A DNA stretch of 64,000 bases. It comes from Sulfurospirillaceae bacterium. GTDB taxonomy: Bacteria > Campylobacterota > Campylobacteria > Campylobacterales > Sulfurospirillaceae. Below, piece by piece: positions 51,944 through 62,221 of the stretch (the first letter of the stretch is position 1; each line of letters opens with the position of its first letter). A program made the position numbers and the translations under genes. The notes under the pieces were generated by a model that saw only the letters and a program-made list of their open reading frames with translations, was not told the origin of the DNA and searched no databases. The stretch is taken from the NCBI GenBank assembly GCA_033723415.1, contig JAWVXD010000002.1:128001-192000 (forward strand). The letters are read 5' to 3'.

Positions 51944-52229
51944 GAATATACTCGGCTAAAGTTTTAATCTGCGCCTCATTCAGATTGGCTACCTGTCCTT
52001 TCATGATGCCCTTCATAGCACCGCCAAAGGTTCCTTTTTTGTAACCGTTTAGTGCTGCTTCGATCTTCTTAGAGTCCCATTTGTTGATTATCTCAGATTT
52101 ACCTAAAGCCTTTTTCTCGGCATTTAGTCCATGACAAGCAGTACACTTTTTAAACAACATCTCTGCGCTATCTGCAGCCATTGCATTTAATGCAAACACT
52201 GATAATGCGATTAATAATAACTTTTTCAT
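51927..52229 (-). CDS. Periplasmic monoheme cytochrome c553
   Basis: Signal peptide, CTACH, distal MKGIM. Confidence 0.92.
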   Translation of the reverse strand: MKKLLLIALSVFALNAMAADSAEMLFKKCTACHGLNAEKKALGKSEIINKWDSKKIEAALNGYKKGTFGGAMKGIMKGQVANLNEAQIKTLAEYIPTLKK

Positions 52230-52255
52230 TTCAAACTCCTTTTTCTATTTATAAA

Positions 52256-52287
52256 AGTATAAAATAAAAAAGTGAAATGATTGTGGA
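52256..52287 (-). promoter_or_regulatory. DccR-like direct repeat plus -10 upstream of cytochrome c553
   Basis: Minus strand TCCAC-N6-TTCAC-N10-TATACT. Confidence 0.55.
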
Positions 52288-53289
52288 TTATTTTATAAGT
52301 ATGTGAAGATACTCTCTCGTATAAGTTGCTTTATGATTTCTATTTTGAGTTTTATCAGCTTTAAATCTTCGATACTCTGTCGTCAATAAATCATATTTTC
52401 CATATTTTGACATGATTTTTTTGATATCTTCTTTACTCATCAAACCTTCATTATTATAGCTCAAAAAAATATATTTAAATTTTGCATCTTTGATCAAATC
52501 TTCAAAACTTTTATGTACTGCTTTGCTTTTAGAATAATTGGATTTGCTATATTTACGCAATCCGGTTTTTCCTCTGGGAATAAAATCATCATATAAAGCT
52601 ATAGTGTTCAAGATATGATAATTTGCACTGTATTGTCTTTGATTGTAAGGTGGATCAAGGTACAAGATATCTCCTTCAATCTTTTTTATCAACTCATTGC
52701 TGTCTTCATTATAAACTTTGTGAGAATTACCATGTATCTCAAAAAGAGCAGGTTCCAAGATTAATTTTTTTTGTGCAGATTTTTTAAGATGTTTTAAAAA
52801 TGCACTATATACTGAGGCCGTATTTGCAACTTTATCCGCACTTTCTATAAGCGATGCTAGCAAAAAATAATATATATTTTCTGCGATTTTTCCACTATCA
52901 TGCCACTCTCTTATTTTCACTCTGATCGTATCAATCTTTTTGCCGTTTTCATCACTAAAATACTGTCTCTCACTCCCGCTGCCTAAACAATAATTTTGAT
53001 ATATAAATCCATCATTTATTGGTTTTAAAGAGCTTAGTTTATCTATATAAGTTTGTTTGTCATCTATCTCAGAAGAATTCTCTATATAATTTTTATTTAG
53101 AACAAAGCTATAATTTTCCATATCATTACTTATTACCTGTTTCACATCTTTTTTAAAAACTCTTCCAACTATACCTGTACCGGCAAAAATATCACAAAAT
53201 ATTTTGTCAGACAATCCTCCATCAATAACTTTTTCAATCTCTCTTCTTAAAAATTTGGAAAGTTTTACTTTTGAACCTATATAGTTCAC
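52288..53289 (-). CDS. Orphan N6-adenine DNA methyltransferase, M.NlaIII/M.HpyI-like (probable CATG specificity)
   Basis: MNYIGSK, DIFAGTG, ADKVANTASVY, YLDPPY, FLSYNNEGLM. Confidence 0.88.
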   Translation of the reverse strand: MNYIGSKVKLSKFLRREIEKVIDGGLSDKIFCDIFAGTGIVGRVFKKDVKQVISNDMENYSFVLNKNYIENSSEIDDKQTYIDKLSSLKPINDGFIYQNYCLGSGSERQYFSDENGKKIDTIRVKIREWHDSGKIAENIYYFLLASLIESADKVANTASVYSAFLKHLKKSAQKKLILEPALFEIHGNSHKVYNEDSNELIKKIEGDILYLDPPYNQRQYSANYHILNTIALYDDFIPRGKTGLRKYSKSNYSKSKAVHKSFEDLIKDAKFKYIFLSYNNEGLMSKEDIKKIMSKYGKYDLLTTEYRRFKADKTQNRNHKATYTREYLHILIK

Positions 53290-53822
53290 TTTAAGCCCTT
53301 TACCATTAGATTAATATCGCTCCATTCACCAAAACCGCTTTCTGCATTTATATGCCCTGCGTCTTTTAGAACAAGATGCTTAACATCCAATTGTTTAGCT
53401 AAATCATTAGCTTCAGCGTTTGGCATATATGGATCATTTGTCGAAGTGATAAGGATAATCTCCTGTGCGTAGATGTTTTGAGGAGCTGAAACAGGAAAGA
53501 AAGTAGAAACTTCTTCCACTTCTGTCGTCAAACTAGGCGGTGCGACCAAAAAAAGCTTTTTAACAGGTGTGATCTTTTCCTCATTACACAGATGAAACCA
53601 AAGCGTATTGGCCAAAGAGTGGCATACTACAATGTCAGGCTTAAAATCAGACAAAATATCACGGACTTGCTTCATCCAAGTATCTTTTTTTGGATTGTCT
53701 TTGTCTATAAGAAGAGGAAAACTTACTGTTCCATAATCTTTAGCAAGTTCACATGCAAGATAGCTTTGCCAGTGAGGAAAATCACTTCCTCCCCAGCCAT
53801 GAAGTATTAATGTTTTCACCAT
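53286..53822 (-). CDS. RBBP9/YdeN family alpha/beta hydrolase
   Basis: LHGWGGS..HWQ, HSLA, NDPY, AGHIN. Confidence 0.88.
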   Translation of the reverse strand: MVKTLILHGWGGSDFPHWQSYLACELAKDYGTVSFPLLIDKDNPKKDTWMKQVRDILSDFKPDIVVCHSLANTLWFHLCNEEKITPVKKLFLVAPPSLTTEVEEVSTFFPVSAPQNIYAQEIILITSTNDPYMPNAEANDLAKQLDVKHLVLKDAGHINAESGFGEWSDINLMVKGLK

Positions 53823-53832
53823 TTTGTCCTAA

Positions 53833-54162
53833 TTATTTTAATTTTCCGAATACTTTGTATATATCCCAGTACTCATCAATCGCCTCTTTTAGTTTTTTAT
53901 CGCTAAGAGTTGTTTTTTTCTTCACGCCAAATCTATTTAATAATGCGGTATTTAGTATCGAGTTTTCTTTTTTTGGATTTTTAAGATACTCACTAATCGC
54001 ATATTTTGTTTCTATTTCACTGCTATACTTTAAAAGATATCTATAAAAAAATTTATCTATTTTGACAGGCATCGATTTATGGCATTTAACGCAATTGTCT
54101 TCATAAACAGAAGCTTGCAAATTCAACAAAATTACAAAAATTACAAAAACTATCTTCACCAT
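53833..54162 (-). CDS. Small exported c-type cytochrome-like protein
   Basis: Signal peptide, single CVKCH. Confidence 0.72.
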   Translation of the reverse strand: MVKIVFVIFVILLNLQASVYEDNCVKCHKSMPVKIDKFFYRYLLKYSSEIETKYAISEYLKNPKKENSILNTALLNRFGVKKKTTLSDKKLKEAIDEYWDIYKVFGKLK

Positions 54163-55343
54163 GATACCTTTACTTGCGTGTAAATATTTACTTTTGAGTC
54201 GATTTCGATTTGTAGATCGTACTCATCTGCAATTTTACTGACAATACTGAGCCCTATACCAAATCCGCCTACACTCTTATCAGCACGTTCATATCTTTTA
54301 AAAATCTGATCTAGATTTGCTTTTTCTATGCCTCTTCCGCTGTTTTTCATAGAAAAATAGTGTTTTTTTAAGACAATTTCAATCTCACCATTTATTTTAT
54401 TATATTTTATCGCATTTGAAAAAAGATTATCTATCAATTTTGCAATTTTTGTTCTATCGGCATTGAGAAAAACATTATCTTCCAGATCAAGTTTTATTTT
54501 GATCTTTTTAGAGTCTAAAGATAGAGAAAAATACTCTACTCTCTCTAAAAATATCTCTTTCATATCTATAGTTTTGTTTTCTGAAATGATTTTTTTATCT
54601 AACGTGAGAAAAATCAAATCTTGATACAAATTGGATATGGTTTTTGCGGCAATTTGTATTCTATTTAATCTTTTTTGTAATTTTTCATCTATATTCTTAT
54701 TTTCACTTAGTTCAATGTTTGACAATATAGTACTAACTGGAGTATTTAGTTCATGAGTAGTATCTTTTATAAATCTATCCAAAAGCGACAAAGCCTCTTT
54801 CATCGGTTTTAGTATCAGATTCATCAAAAAATATCCCATCAAAAGCATAATAAAAAGTAAAATAAAACCATATTCCAGCAAATTTTTATATACTGTATTT
54901 TTCCATACTCCATCATCATTTACCTCAATAACCACATATTTTGCACCAAGATAATAATACTCCGGTTCTTTGATAAAATGTATCTTGTTCCCGACTAGAT
55001 ATATATCTTTATTTAAATTCACATGATCATTTTGGAGAAGTGAGAATATTTTGTGATAAGTACTGTCATAAATAGCTGATTTAAACCTTGGATCTCTAGG
55101 ATAGATCTTTGTATTATCAAAATTCCTGTGCAATTCTTTCAATTTTTCTATTTGTTCACTTGCTAAGTTGGATAATCCCAATCTTTTATTTTGGAGCATC
55201 AAATCTTCTTGAGTCTTATAATAATAAATTCCTAAAAAAGTCAATAAAAGTATCGTAAAAAATGAGTAAAGGATAAAAAACGAAGCAAGGGTTTTCTTTT
55301 CACTTTGTCGTAAATTTATATCCCAGCTTTTTAACACTGACAA
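54156..55343 (-). CDS. Sensor histidine kinase (DccS/CrdS-like)
   Basis: Two TM, DTTHELNTP, NAIKY, GFGIGL; exact start uncertain. Confidence 0.92.
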   Translation of the reverse strand: MSVLKSWDINLRQSEKKTLASFFILYSFFTILLLTFLGIYYYKTQEDLMLQNKRLGLSNLASEQIEKLKELHRNFDNTKIYPRDPRFKSAIYDSTYHKIFSLLQNDHVNLNKDIYLVGNKIHFIKEPEYYYLGAKYVVIEVNDDGVWKNTVYKNLLEYGFILLFIMLLMGYFLMNLILKPMKEALSLLDRFIKDTTHELNTPVSTILSNIELSENKNIDEKLQKRLNRIQIAAKTISNLYQDLIFLTLDKKIISENKTIDMKEIFLERVEYFSLSLDSKKIKIKLDLEDNVFLNADRTKIAKLIDNLFSNAIKYNKINGEIEIVLKKHYFSMKNSGRGIEKANLDQIFKRYERADKSVGGFGIGLSIVSKIADEYDLQIEIDSKVNIYTQVKVSW

Positions 55344-55974
55344 TTTTATCTTTCCCTATTATTTTGCGTAGATTTTTTATATATGTTCTTAGAGCATCGT
55401 CACTGCTAACCTCATCATAACTCCAAAGTGTATCATATATAACTTCGTGAGTTATTATCTGATCTTGTTTCTGTAAAAAGAGCTTTAAAAGTGCTGCTTC
55501 TTTATTTTGCATCCTAACAACATTACCGCTAACTATAAGCTCATTGGTTAGTGTATCATACAATATTTCGTTATCAATTTCTATTTTTGAATCATTCGAG
55601 TGAAAAAAGCCTCTGTTAAGAAGAGTTTGAATTCGAAAAAGAAGTTCTTTTAATTCAAATGGTTTTCTTATATAATCATCACAGCCACTTATGTAGCCTT
55701 TTTCCACATCTTCTAAAGTATTTAACGAAGTTATAAAAATAGCAGGTATCTTATCATTTGCTTCTCTTGCTTTTTTTAAAACTTCAAAGCCATTGATCCC
55801 TGGAACATTTACATCTAAGAGGTATATATCAAAACTATTTTCGTACATTAGATCTCGTGCCTCATCTCCATCATATGCAGATGTAACAATATAACCTTCT
55901 TCTTCTAAAAATTCAGCAATAGTTTCATTTAAATTTACATCATCTTCAAGTAAAAAAATTTTATTTGGTTTCAT
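55300..55974 (-). CDS. OmpR-family response regulator (DccR/CrdR-like)
   Basis: LEDD, LLDVNVP, KPF, LRTYIKNLRK. Confidence 0.92.
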   Translation of the reverse strand: MKPNKIFLLEDDVNLNETIAEFLEEEGYIVTSAYDGDEARDLMYENSFDIYLLDVNVPGINGFEVLKKAREANDKIPAIFITSLNTLEDVEKGYISGCDDYIRKPFELKELLFRIQTLLNRGFFHSNDSKIEIDNEILYDTLTNELIVSGNVVRMQNKEAALLKLFLQKQDQIITHEVIYDTLWSYDEVSSDDALRTYIKNLRKIIGKDKIVSVKKLGYKFTTK

Positions 55975-56198
55975 TTTTTCATTTTTCTAAGTTTTTCTAT
56001 ATTTTGTTTGTAAATCTTTTTCTCTTTTTCACTCATAGATCTTATTCTTGCATTAATCTCTTTTAAAAATGCTTTTTGATTCTCCGGCGGCACATATCCA
56101 ACCATTGCCATAAGCTCTTCTGTACTCATGACGGTATAATCGACCGCTGCAAAAAGGGTAGAGAACAGTATAAGAAGACTAAATAAAACTTTTTTCAT
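55971..56198 (-). CDS. DUF1104-like small periplasmic protein
   Basis: Signal peptide, DYTVMSTEELMAMVG.VPP. Confidence 0.75.
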   Translation of the reverse strand: MKKVLFSLLILFSTLFAAVDYTVMSTEELMAMVGYVPPENQKAFLKEINARIRSMSEKEKKIYKQNIEKLRKMKK

Positions 56199-56214
56199 TC
56201 GATTCCTTTACAAA

Positions 56215-56246
56215 ATTGTAATAAAAAATAGTGTACTCTTTGTGAT
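56215..56246 (-). promoter_or_regulatory. DccR-like direct repeat plus -10 upstream of the DUF1104-regulator-kinase operon
   Basis: Minus strand ATCAC-N6-TACAC-N10-TACAAT. Confidence 0.55.
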
Positions 56247-56250
56247 GAGC

Positions 56251-56757
56251 TCATTTCTCCTGCATCATGACTTCTAAATACGCACTAATATGACTTATAA
56301 CATAACTCAATACTTTTTGATCTTCTTCAGTAAATCCCGGACTTCCGTCAATCTTATTTAATAATTGTATAACACCTATAATTTTTTTGTCATAGCCAAA
56401 TATAGGCATAGTCATAATGTTCTTTGTATGATATCCGATACTTGTATCTATGATATCATTAAATAGCGGAGAGTTTTTTGCATCGTTTACGATGATCGTT
56501 TTTTGCGTTTTTAAAACTTCACCGACCATTCCTGTATTATCTGGAACTTCTAAAAAACTAATACCATCAAGGCAAATCGACCAAAAACTGCTACTTTGTT
56601 CATCATGCATAAAAACCGTACATCTATCGACATTAAGCATATTTTTGATGGAATCAGACAGTAAACTCATTCTCTTTGAATGGTCATTTTCAGAAACAAG
56701 CTTTTTGTTCAACTCTAGTAATTTATTTAATTTACTTTCACTAATGTCTTTAACCAT
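56251..56757 (-). CDS. Stand-alone GAF domain protein
   Basis: VDRCTVF, GMVGEV, IGVIQLLNK...FTEED (NKFDE-type motif). Confidence 0.87.
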   Translation of the reverse strand: MVKDISESKLNKLLELNKKLVSENDHSKRMSLLSDSIKNMLNVDRCTVFMHDEQSSSFWSICLDGISFLEVPDNTGMVGEVLKTQKTIIVNDAKNSPLFNDIIDTSIGYHTKNIMTMPIFGYDKKIIGVIQLLNKIDGSPGFTEEDQKVLSYVISHISAYLEVMMQEK

Positions 56758-57311
56758 AATATCACATCTTTATTTAATTTTTTTACTATCTTTGTATAGG
56801 CAGATACGGCGCCTTTTGCATCAATAGTATCACATTTTTGTGTATATGAAAAATCTTTTGTGGATATAAGCTTTGAGGTTTTACTATCAACCAAATAAAG
56901 CTGAATATCAAAAGAAACACTTGATATATTTTGTACTGCATTTACTACATTTCCCTCTAAAAGTAAATCAGGTGTTATTCTCGAATACTGAGTAAAAACA
57001 CCTTTGAATAGTCCACTTTTAGAAAGATTATCGGCAACGTTTTGTTCTATCATACTAACAAAATTTTCATTCCATTGTGAATATAAATATGAATTGGTAA
57101 TACTAGTAGGATACTTATACCAAATCCTTCTGCTTTGTAAAAAAGCCGGTGATTTAAATCTGGATATCTTTAAGATATCTTGACCTTTTTGTTGGTTTTG
57201 AACAGTATCACTTGTCGTTATACTATAAGTCGTAATAGGTTGAGACATCTCTTTTAGTGAACATCCACTGATAAAAATTAAAATTAAAACACTTGCTAAG
57301 ACTTTACTCAT
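56727..57311 (-). CDS. ABC auxiliary lipoprotein (PqiC/DUF330-like)
   Basis: Lipobox ISGC from ATG at 57311; follows MlaD. Confidence 0.75.
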   Translation of the reverse strand: MSKVLASVLILIFISGCSLKEMSQPITTYSITTSDTVQNQQKGQDILKISRFKSPAFLQSRRIWYKYPTSITNSYLYSQWNENFVSMIEQNVADNLSKSGLFKGVFTQYSRITPDLLLEGNVVNAVQNISSVSFDIQLYLVDSKTSKLISTKDFSYTQKCDTIDAKGAVSAYTKIVKKLNKDVILWLKTLVKVN

Positions 57312-58311
57312 GACTCTCTCCTGGTCCAGGAATTTTTTTGCCAACTTTATATAAAACATCACTCGGACTTTGTTTAAATTCTTCTATCGCATTATCTAAT
57401 CTCAATGATAATCCTTGAATAGAAAATGCCGTCTCATTCAATATTTGCATATTACGTTCAACTATATCTGCCAAATTGAACTTACCGTCAACCAAATCTT
57501 TTTGAACTTCGACAAAAAAGATCTTTGCCACATCTGAAGCCGCCCCTAGTCTATCACTAGCACGTCCAAGTTTATCAAACGAAGGCACTAATTTATCTTC
57601 AAAATCTTTTGTATGTTTTATAAAATCCTTACTACTCACCGTAAACTCATTGAAATTATTTCTTATCGAGTGAAAATCAACTTCTATGTTTGTCTTTAAT
57701 TCATTTATTTGATCAAACATCTGTGTCAATTTTTGTTTATTTTTATCTAGATATTCGGTTGTATTTGAAAGATTTATTATGATCTTGGAAATATTATCTA
57801 TATTTTGTTGGCTAAGAACCTTGCTTGCTTTTTCTGATATTACATTTAACTTTTGAACCATAGATTCACTACTATCATACAATGTTGCCAAAATTGATTT
57901 TTTCGAAATGATAGTCGGTACTTCACCCTTCTTTTGTAATAATAAAGGTGAAGTTTTGGTACCACCTTCTAATTCTACATGTTTTAATCCCGTAATCCCT
58001 TGCGTATCCAGGATAGAATATGTGTCCTTTTTGATAGGAGTCCCTTGCTTTATCTCTAATAAAATTTCAACTTCTTCGCTGTTATTTTTACTGATAGATA
58101 TACTTTTAACTCGTCCGACTTCAACGCCTCTTAATTTGACAGGAGAATCCAGACTAAGCCCAGAAACAGATTCTGTAAAATAAGTCTTATAATAATCATG
58201 TTCTATAGATTTGCTACCATATTTAGTAATCCAATATAAAAAGAAAAATAGTGCCAATGTAATTATTATAACAAATGCACCAACTACGGTATAGCTAAGC
58301 CTTTTTTCCAT
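57304..58311 (-). CDS. MlaD/MCE family protein
   Basis: SVSGL...SPVKLRGVEVGRV, QGITG, long C-terminal helical region. Confidence 0.9.
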   Translation of the reverse strand: MEKRLSYTVVGAFVIIITLALFFFLYWITKYGSKSIEHDYYKTYFTESVSGLSLDSPVKLRGVEVGRVKSISISKNNSEEVEILLEIKQGTPIKKDTYSILDTQGITGLKHVELEGGTKTSPLLLQKKGEVPTIISKKSILATLYDSSESMVQKLNVISEKASKVLSQQNIDNISKIIINLSNTTEYLDKNKQKLTQMFDQINELKTNIEVDFHSIRNNFNEFTVSSKDFIKHTKDFEDKLVPSFDKLGRASDRLGAASDVAKIFFVEVQKDLVDGKFNLADIVERNMQILNETAFSIQGLSLRLDNAIEEFKQSPSDVLYKVGKKIPGPGESHE

Positions 58312-58326
58312 GATACATTCCTTTCA

Positions 58327-59070
58327 TTATCTCTGTCCCTCTTTTAGAAATTCTCGAATAGCATAATTATCTGAATTTATGGCTTCTTCATAACTTCCCT
58401 CAAAAAGAATCTTTTTATCATATAAAATACAAAAGCGATCAAGGACATGTTCTACTGTATGCAAATCATGAGTGACAACAACGATAGTTAGTTTTAGAAG
58501 CGAGGCTATTTCTCTTATCAGTCTATCAAAATTTTCTGCACCGATTGGATCCAGTCCGCTTGTAGGTTCATCTAAAAAAAGAATTTTGGGATCCATAACA
58601 AGTGCTCTCGCAAATGCCACTCTTTTTTTCATACCCCCGCTTAACTCGCTAGGGAAAAGATAAGTCGCTTCCTCATCCAATCCTGACATCTTAAGCTTAC
58701 TAAGTGCTATCTGTTCTATCACATCTTTTGGCAAATTTGTATGCTCGATCAAAGGTACCGACACATTTTCTATAACATTTAAAGAAGAATACAACGCACC
58801 AAATTGAAAAAGAACTGCCCAATTGTTTCTAAGTTCTTCCATTTGTGCATAGGTTAATTCTCCGATTCTATTCCCAAGTATATCTATACTGCCGCTTGTG
58901 AAATTTTGGAGCATTACCATCTCTCTAAGGAGAGTAGATTTACCGCTGCCGCTGCCTCCTAAAATACCATATATCTCTCCTTCATAGATATTTATAGATA
59001 TTTTATCATGTACAACCTTTTTACCAAAGCTTGTTACTATATCCTTAACTTCTATGATAGATTTTTTCAA
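58327..59070 (-). CDS. MlaF/Mkl-type ABC ATPase
   Basis: GGSGSGKS, FQFGALY, LSGGMKKR, DEPTSGLDP. Confidence 0.92.
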   Translation of the reverse strand: MKKSIIEVKDIVTSFGKKVVHDKISINIYEGEIYGILGGSGSGKSTLLREMVMLQNFTSGSIDILGNRIGELTYAQMEELRNNWAVLFQFGALYSSLNVIENVSVPLIEHTNLPKDVIEQIALSKLKMSGLDEEATYLFPSELSGGMKKRVAFARALVMDPKILFLDEPTSGLDPIGAENFDRLIREIASLLKLTIVVVTHDLHTVEHVLDRFCILYDKKILFEGSYEEAINSDNYAIREFLKEGQR

Positions 59071-60194
59071 ATTCCAACCTTTGTTAAAACGACTGATATA
59101 AGAGCATTACACGCAATTACCCAAAATATAGCGTTTACTACGCTTATGGTAGTATATTGTCCTATGCTTTCGGTGCTACCTGATACTTGAAAACCCCTAA
59201 AACATCCTATAAGAGCTATCAATAACCCAAAAAATGGAGCTTTAAAGAGTCCTATAAGTATATGTTTGACTTCTATGGCATCTCTAAGCCTGATTACAAA
59301 TTCCAGATAAGAAATACCAAGTTGATATTTTGCAACGATCATGCCTCCAAAAACACCTATAATATCAGCAAAAAATACGATCAAAGGCATAGCTATAAGA
59401 AGAGCAAACATACGCGGCAATACCAAAAATAAGATTGGATCAAAACCCATAGTTTTCATAGCATCTATTTCTTGGGTTATTTTCATAGTTCCTATTTCAG
59501 CCGTATATGATGAAGCACTTCTTCCCGCTATAACGATAGCGGCAATTAAAGGTGCAAGTTCACGAAACATAGAAACACTGACGAGTTCTACTATAAAAAT
59601 ATTAGCTCCAAACTTTGCTAACTGTTCAGCTCCTTGATATGCTATGACCAATCCAACTAAAAAAGATGTCAAAGCGACAATCGGCAGTGCTTGTGCTCCT
59701 GATTTTTCTATATGTACAGCCGTTGCTTTATATCTAAATTTCCAAGGTCTTGTTAAAACTCTTCCAAATTCTATGGTACTTTGACCCAAGAAAGTTGAAA
59801 ACAGCATAAAAGATTCAAACAGATCCACAAAAAGTTTTCCCATCTTTTGAACTGAAGAAACTATAAAATTGTGTTTTTTTATAGGTATTTTGGATTTTTG
59901 TCTTAAGTTTTTTCTTGCGAAAAGCATAATACTTTTAAATTCAGGGTTCATTCCTACCATAACAAAAGGTATTTTGGCTTCAGAAAAATCGGCACTCAGA
60001 TCTGATAGAAGTATTGCTCCTGCAAAGTCAAGAGCATCGAGTTCTGTGCAATCAATAGTGACAATAGCAAATTTGCCATGTTTGACTTTCTTTACATTTG
60101 AGTACAGTTTTTTGATGTTAAACCTGTCAAATGCACCGGAAATCTTAATATTGCATTGTTTACTATCTTGTTGTATGATATCAAAACTACTCAT
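59067..60194 (-). CDS. MlaE permease with N-terminal STAS domain
   Basis: LDFAGA (STAS), [20 protein letters not shown]. Confidence 0.92.
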   Translation of the reverse strand: MSSFDIIQQDSKQCNIKISGAFDRFNIKKLYSNVKKVKHGKFAIVTIDCTELDALDFAGAILLSDLSADFSEAKIPFVMVGMNPEFKSIMLFARKNLRQKSKIPIKKHNFIVSSVQKMGKLFVDLFESFMLFSTFLGQSTIEFGRVLTRPWKFRYKATAVHIEKSGAQALPIVALTSFLVGLVIAYQGAEQLAKFGANIFIVELVSVSMFRELAPLIAAIVIAGRSASSYTAEIGTMKITQEIDAMKTMGFDPILFLVLPRMFALLIAMPLIVFFADIIGVFGGMIVAKYQLGISYLEFVIRLRDAIEVKHILIGLFKAPFFGLLIALIGCFRGFQVSGSTESIGQYTTISVVNAIFWVIACNALISVVLTKVGI

Positions 60195-60259
60195 GTATAT
60201 ATTGTAATAGTATTTATTATAATTTCGCCTTAAATGGCACTCTAAACAAAGGAAAACAG

Positions 60260-60856
60260 ATGAAAAAGATAATACTTATATTTTTTGTTTTCATAAGCAT
60301 GGTGGCATATGCAAAAGGAGATAAGATGGAAAACTCACAAACCATCATACTAGGCGGCGGATGCTTCTGGTGCATGGAAGCTGTTTTTGAAGATGTAAAA
60401 GGTGTCACAAAAGTTGAAAGCGGTTATGCAGGCGGTGATGTCAAAAACCCTACTTACGAGCAAGTTTGCACAGGGACTACAGGTCATGCAGAAGTGGTAA
60501 AGATCACATTTGACGATAAAATAGTAGATTTGAAAAAACTTTTAAATATCTTTTTTGCAGTCCATGACCCCACTACCTTAAACAGGCAAGGCAATGATGT
60601 AGGAAGCCAGTACAGATCCGTAATATTTTACTTCAACGATAAACAAAAAGAGATAGCCGAAGAAGTGATAAGATCAGAATCTGATAAATTCAACAAACCT
60701 ATAGTAACAGAAGTTTTAAAAGCACCGATTTTCTACAAAGCAGAAGAGTATCATCAAGACTATTTCAAGAAAAATCCAAACCAAGGATACTGTATCTATG
60801 TTGTTCGTCCAAAAGTGGATAAATTTATCGAAAAATTTCCAAACTTAAAAAAATAA
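60260..60856 (+). CDS. msrA: Peptide-methionine (S)-S-oxide reductase, with signal peptide
   Basis: [28 protein letters not shown]. Confidence 0.95.
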   Translation: MKKIILIFFVFISMVAYAKGDKMENSQTIILGGGCFWCMEAVFEDVKGVTKVESGYAGGDVKNPTYEQVCTGTTGHAEVVKITFDDKIVDLKKLLNIFFAVHDPTTLNRQGNDVGSQYRSVIFYFNDKQKEIAEEVIRSESDKFNKPIVTEVLKAPIFYKAEEYHQDYFKKNPNQGYCIYVVRPKVDKFIEKFPNLKK

Positions 60857-60859
60857 AGA

Positions 60860-62146
60860 CTATATCTCATCAGCTGTTTTCACAGAATCGATGCCGTATT
60901 TGTCTCTTAGAGTCTGGATGCAAGAGCCGAGTTTATGTTGTTTTGCATCCTGCTCATAACTCAAGATGTCATAAGATTTGTGCTTATACTCCATAAAATT
61001 TGACACACTGATACCTAGATATGTTATAGCCTGAGTTTTATGGATGTCGATCTTGGAAAACATCTCGATCATCAGTGATTTAAAGAACCTTTCGCTGAAA
61101 AGCCTTTCTATGGTTATGTTGTATTTCTCTCTAAATCCTATCTCGTATTTAATCTTCAAAAAATATGTCGTAGGATTTAGACCTAGTTTCATGATCGTAT
61201 AAGTTAGATTTCGAGCTAGAATCACCATCCTGCGTTGTACTTCATCCCGCTCGTATATAGGATCAAAAGTCCTGCTTATTCCGACTGATTTTCTAGAGTG
61301 AATCTCTCTCACTTCTTCATCATCTACTCCCATGATTCTATTATATAACTGAATACCGGGTTTTTTCCAAGAATAAAAAAGGCTTTTTGCACTCTTAATA
61401 TCACCTAATTTTTCGATACCTCTATCATTGAGTCGTTTTTTATATCCTCTTGCTAATCCGGGGAATCTATCAATCTCCATATTTTCTATAAATCTGTCCC
61501 AATCTTCAGGTTTAACTTGACGCACACCAAAAGGTTTTGCACTCTGCGTCACTAGTTTTGCAGCCCATTTTGAATTTGCAATACCAAAAGAGATAGGCAG
61601 TCCAAATTTCTCAAATATCTCATTTTTGAGATCATCGCAAAATGAAAATACATCTTCTTCTTTTATCCATCCACTTAAATCTCCAAAAAATTCATCAATA
61701 CTGTATTGTTCTAACAAAGGTATTTTTGTTTTTAAAAAGTTAGCTAACCTATGTGAGGCTTCATGATATAAAAGATGATTTGGTGATAAAACAATAAGTT
61801 TGGGACAAAGCTGTAAAGCCTCGTTGATGGTCATTCCTGTTTTGATCTTATACTTTCTTGCCTCATAAGAAGCTGTTGTGATTATACCCCTTATTTTTGC
61901 TACTCCATCAAACTTATCTACAAAGAAGTTATTGAAATCATTATTTATAATTTTTTTTTCTGAGTAAAAAACATTTGGTACAAAAGCACCGCTATTTTGA
62001 TTATATAATTTTCTTTTACTGTATCCTTTTTCAAATATGCGAGTATCGCTTCTTCCTCCAACGGCTATAGGCTTGCCTAATAAAGTTGGATCTTGTACTC
62101 TTTCACATGAAGCAAAAAAACAATCTAAGTCCATATGTATCTTCAT
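60860..62146 (-). CDS. dinB: Y-family DNA polymerase IV
   Basis: HMDLDCFFAS, ASYEAR, YSIDE, AKL...AKPFG, RKSVG. Confidence 0.92.
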   Translation of the reverse strand: MKIHMDLDCFFASCERVQDPTLLGKPIAVGGRSDTRIFEKGYSKRKLYNQNSGAFVPNVFYSEKKIINNDFNNFFVDKFDGVAKIRGIITTASYEARKYKIKTGMTINEALQLCPKLIVLSPNHLLYHEASHRLANFLKTKIPLLEQYSIDEFFGDLSGWIKEEDVFSFCDDLKNEIFEKFGLPISFGIANSKWAAKLVTQSAKPFGVRQVKPEDWDRFIENMEIDRFPGLARGYKKRLNDRGIEKLGDIKSAKSLFYSWKKPGIQLYNRIMGVDDEEVREIHSRKSVGISRTFDPIYERDEVQRRMVILARNLTYTIMKLGLNPTTYFLKIKYEIGFREKYNITIERLFSERFFKSLMIEMFSKIDIHKTQAITYLGISVSNFMEYKHKSYDILSYEQDAKQHKLGSCIQTLRDKYGIDSVKTADEI

Positions 62147-62221
62147 ACAATCTCCAAATCAATAGCTTTAAATTATCTCTAGTAACAATATTGTAATTAT
62201 CCAAATATTTGATATAATAAG

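Noticed and set aside
61951..61959. A9/T9 homopolymer in dinB (and similar A/T runs) as phase-variation sites
   Set aside because: Frames are intact and such runs are expected at this AT content; no long poly-G/C tracts were seen.
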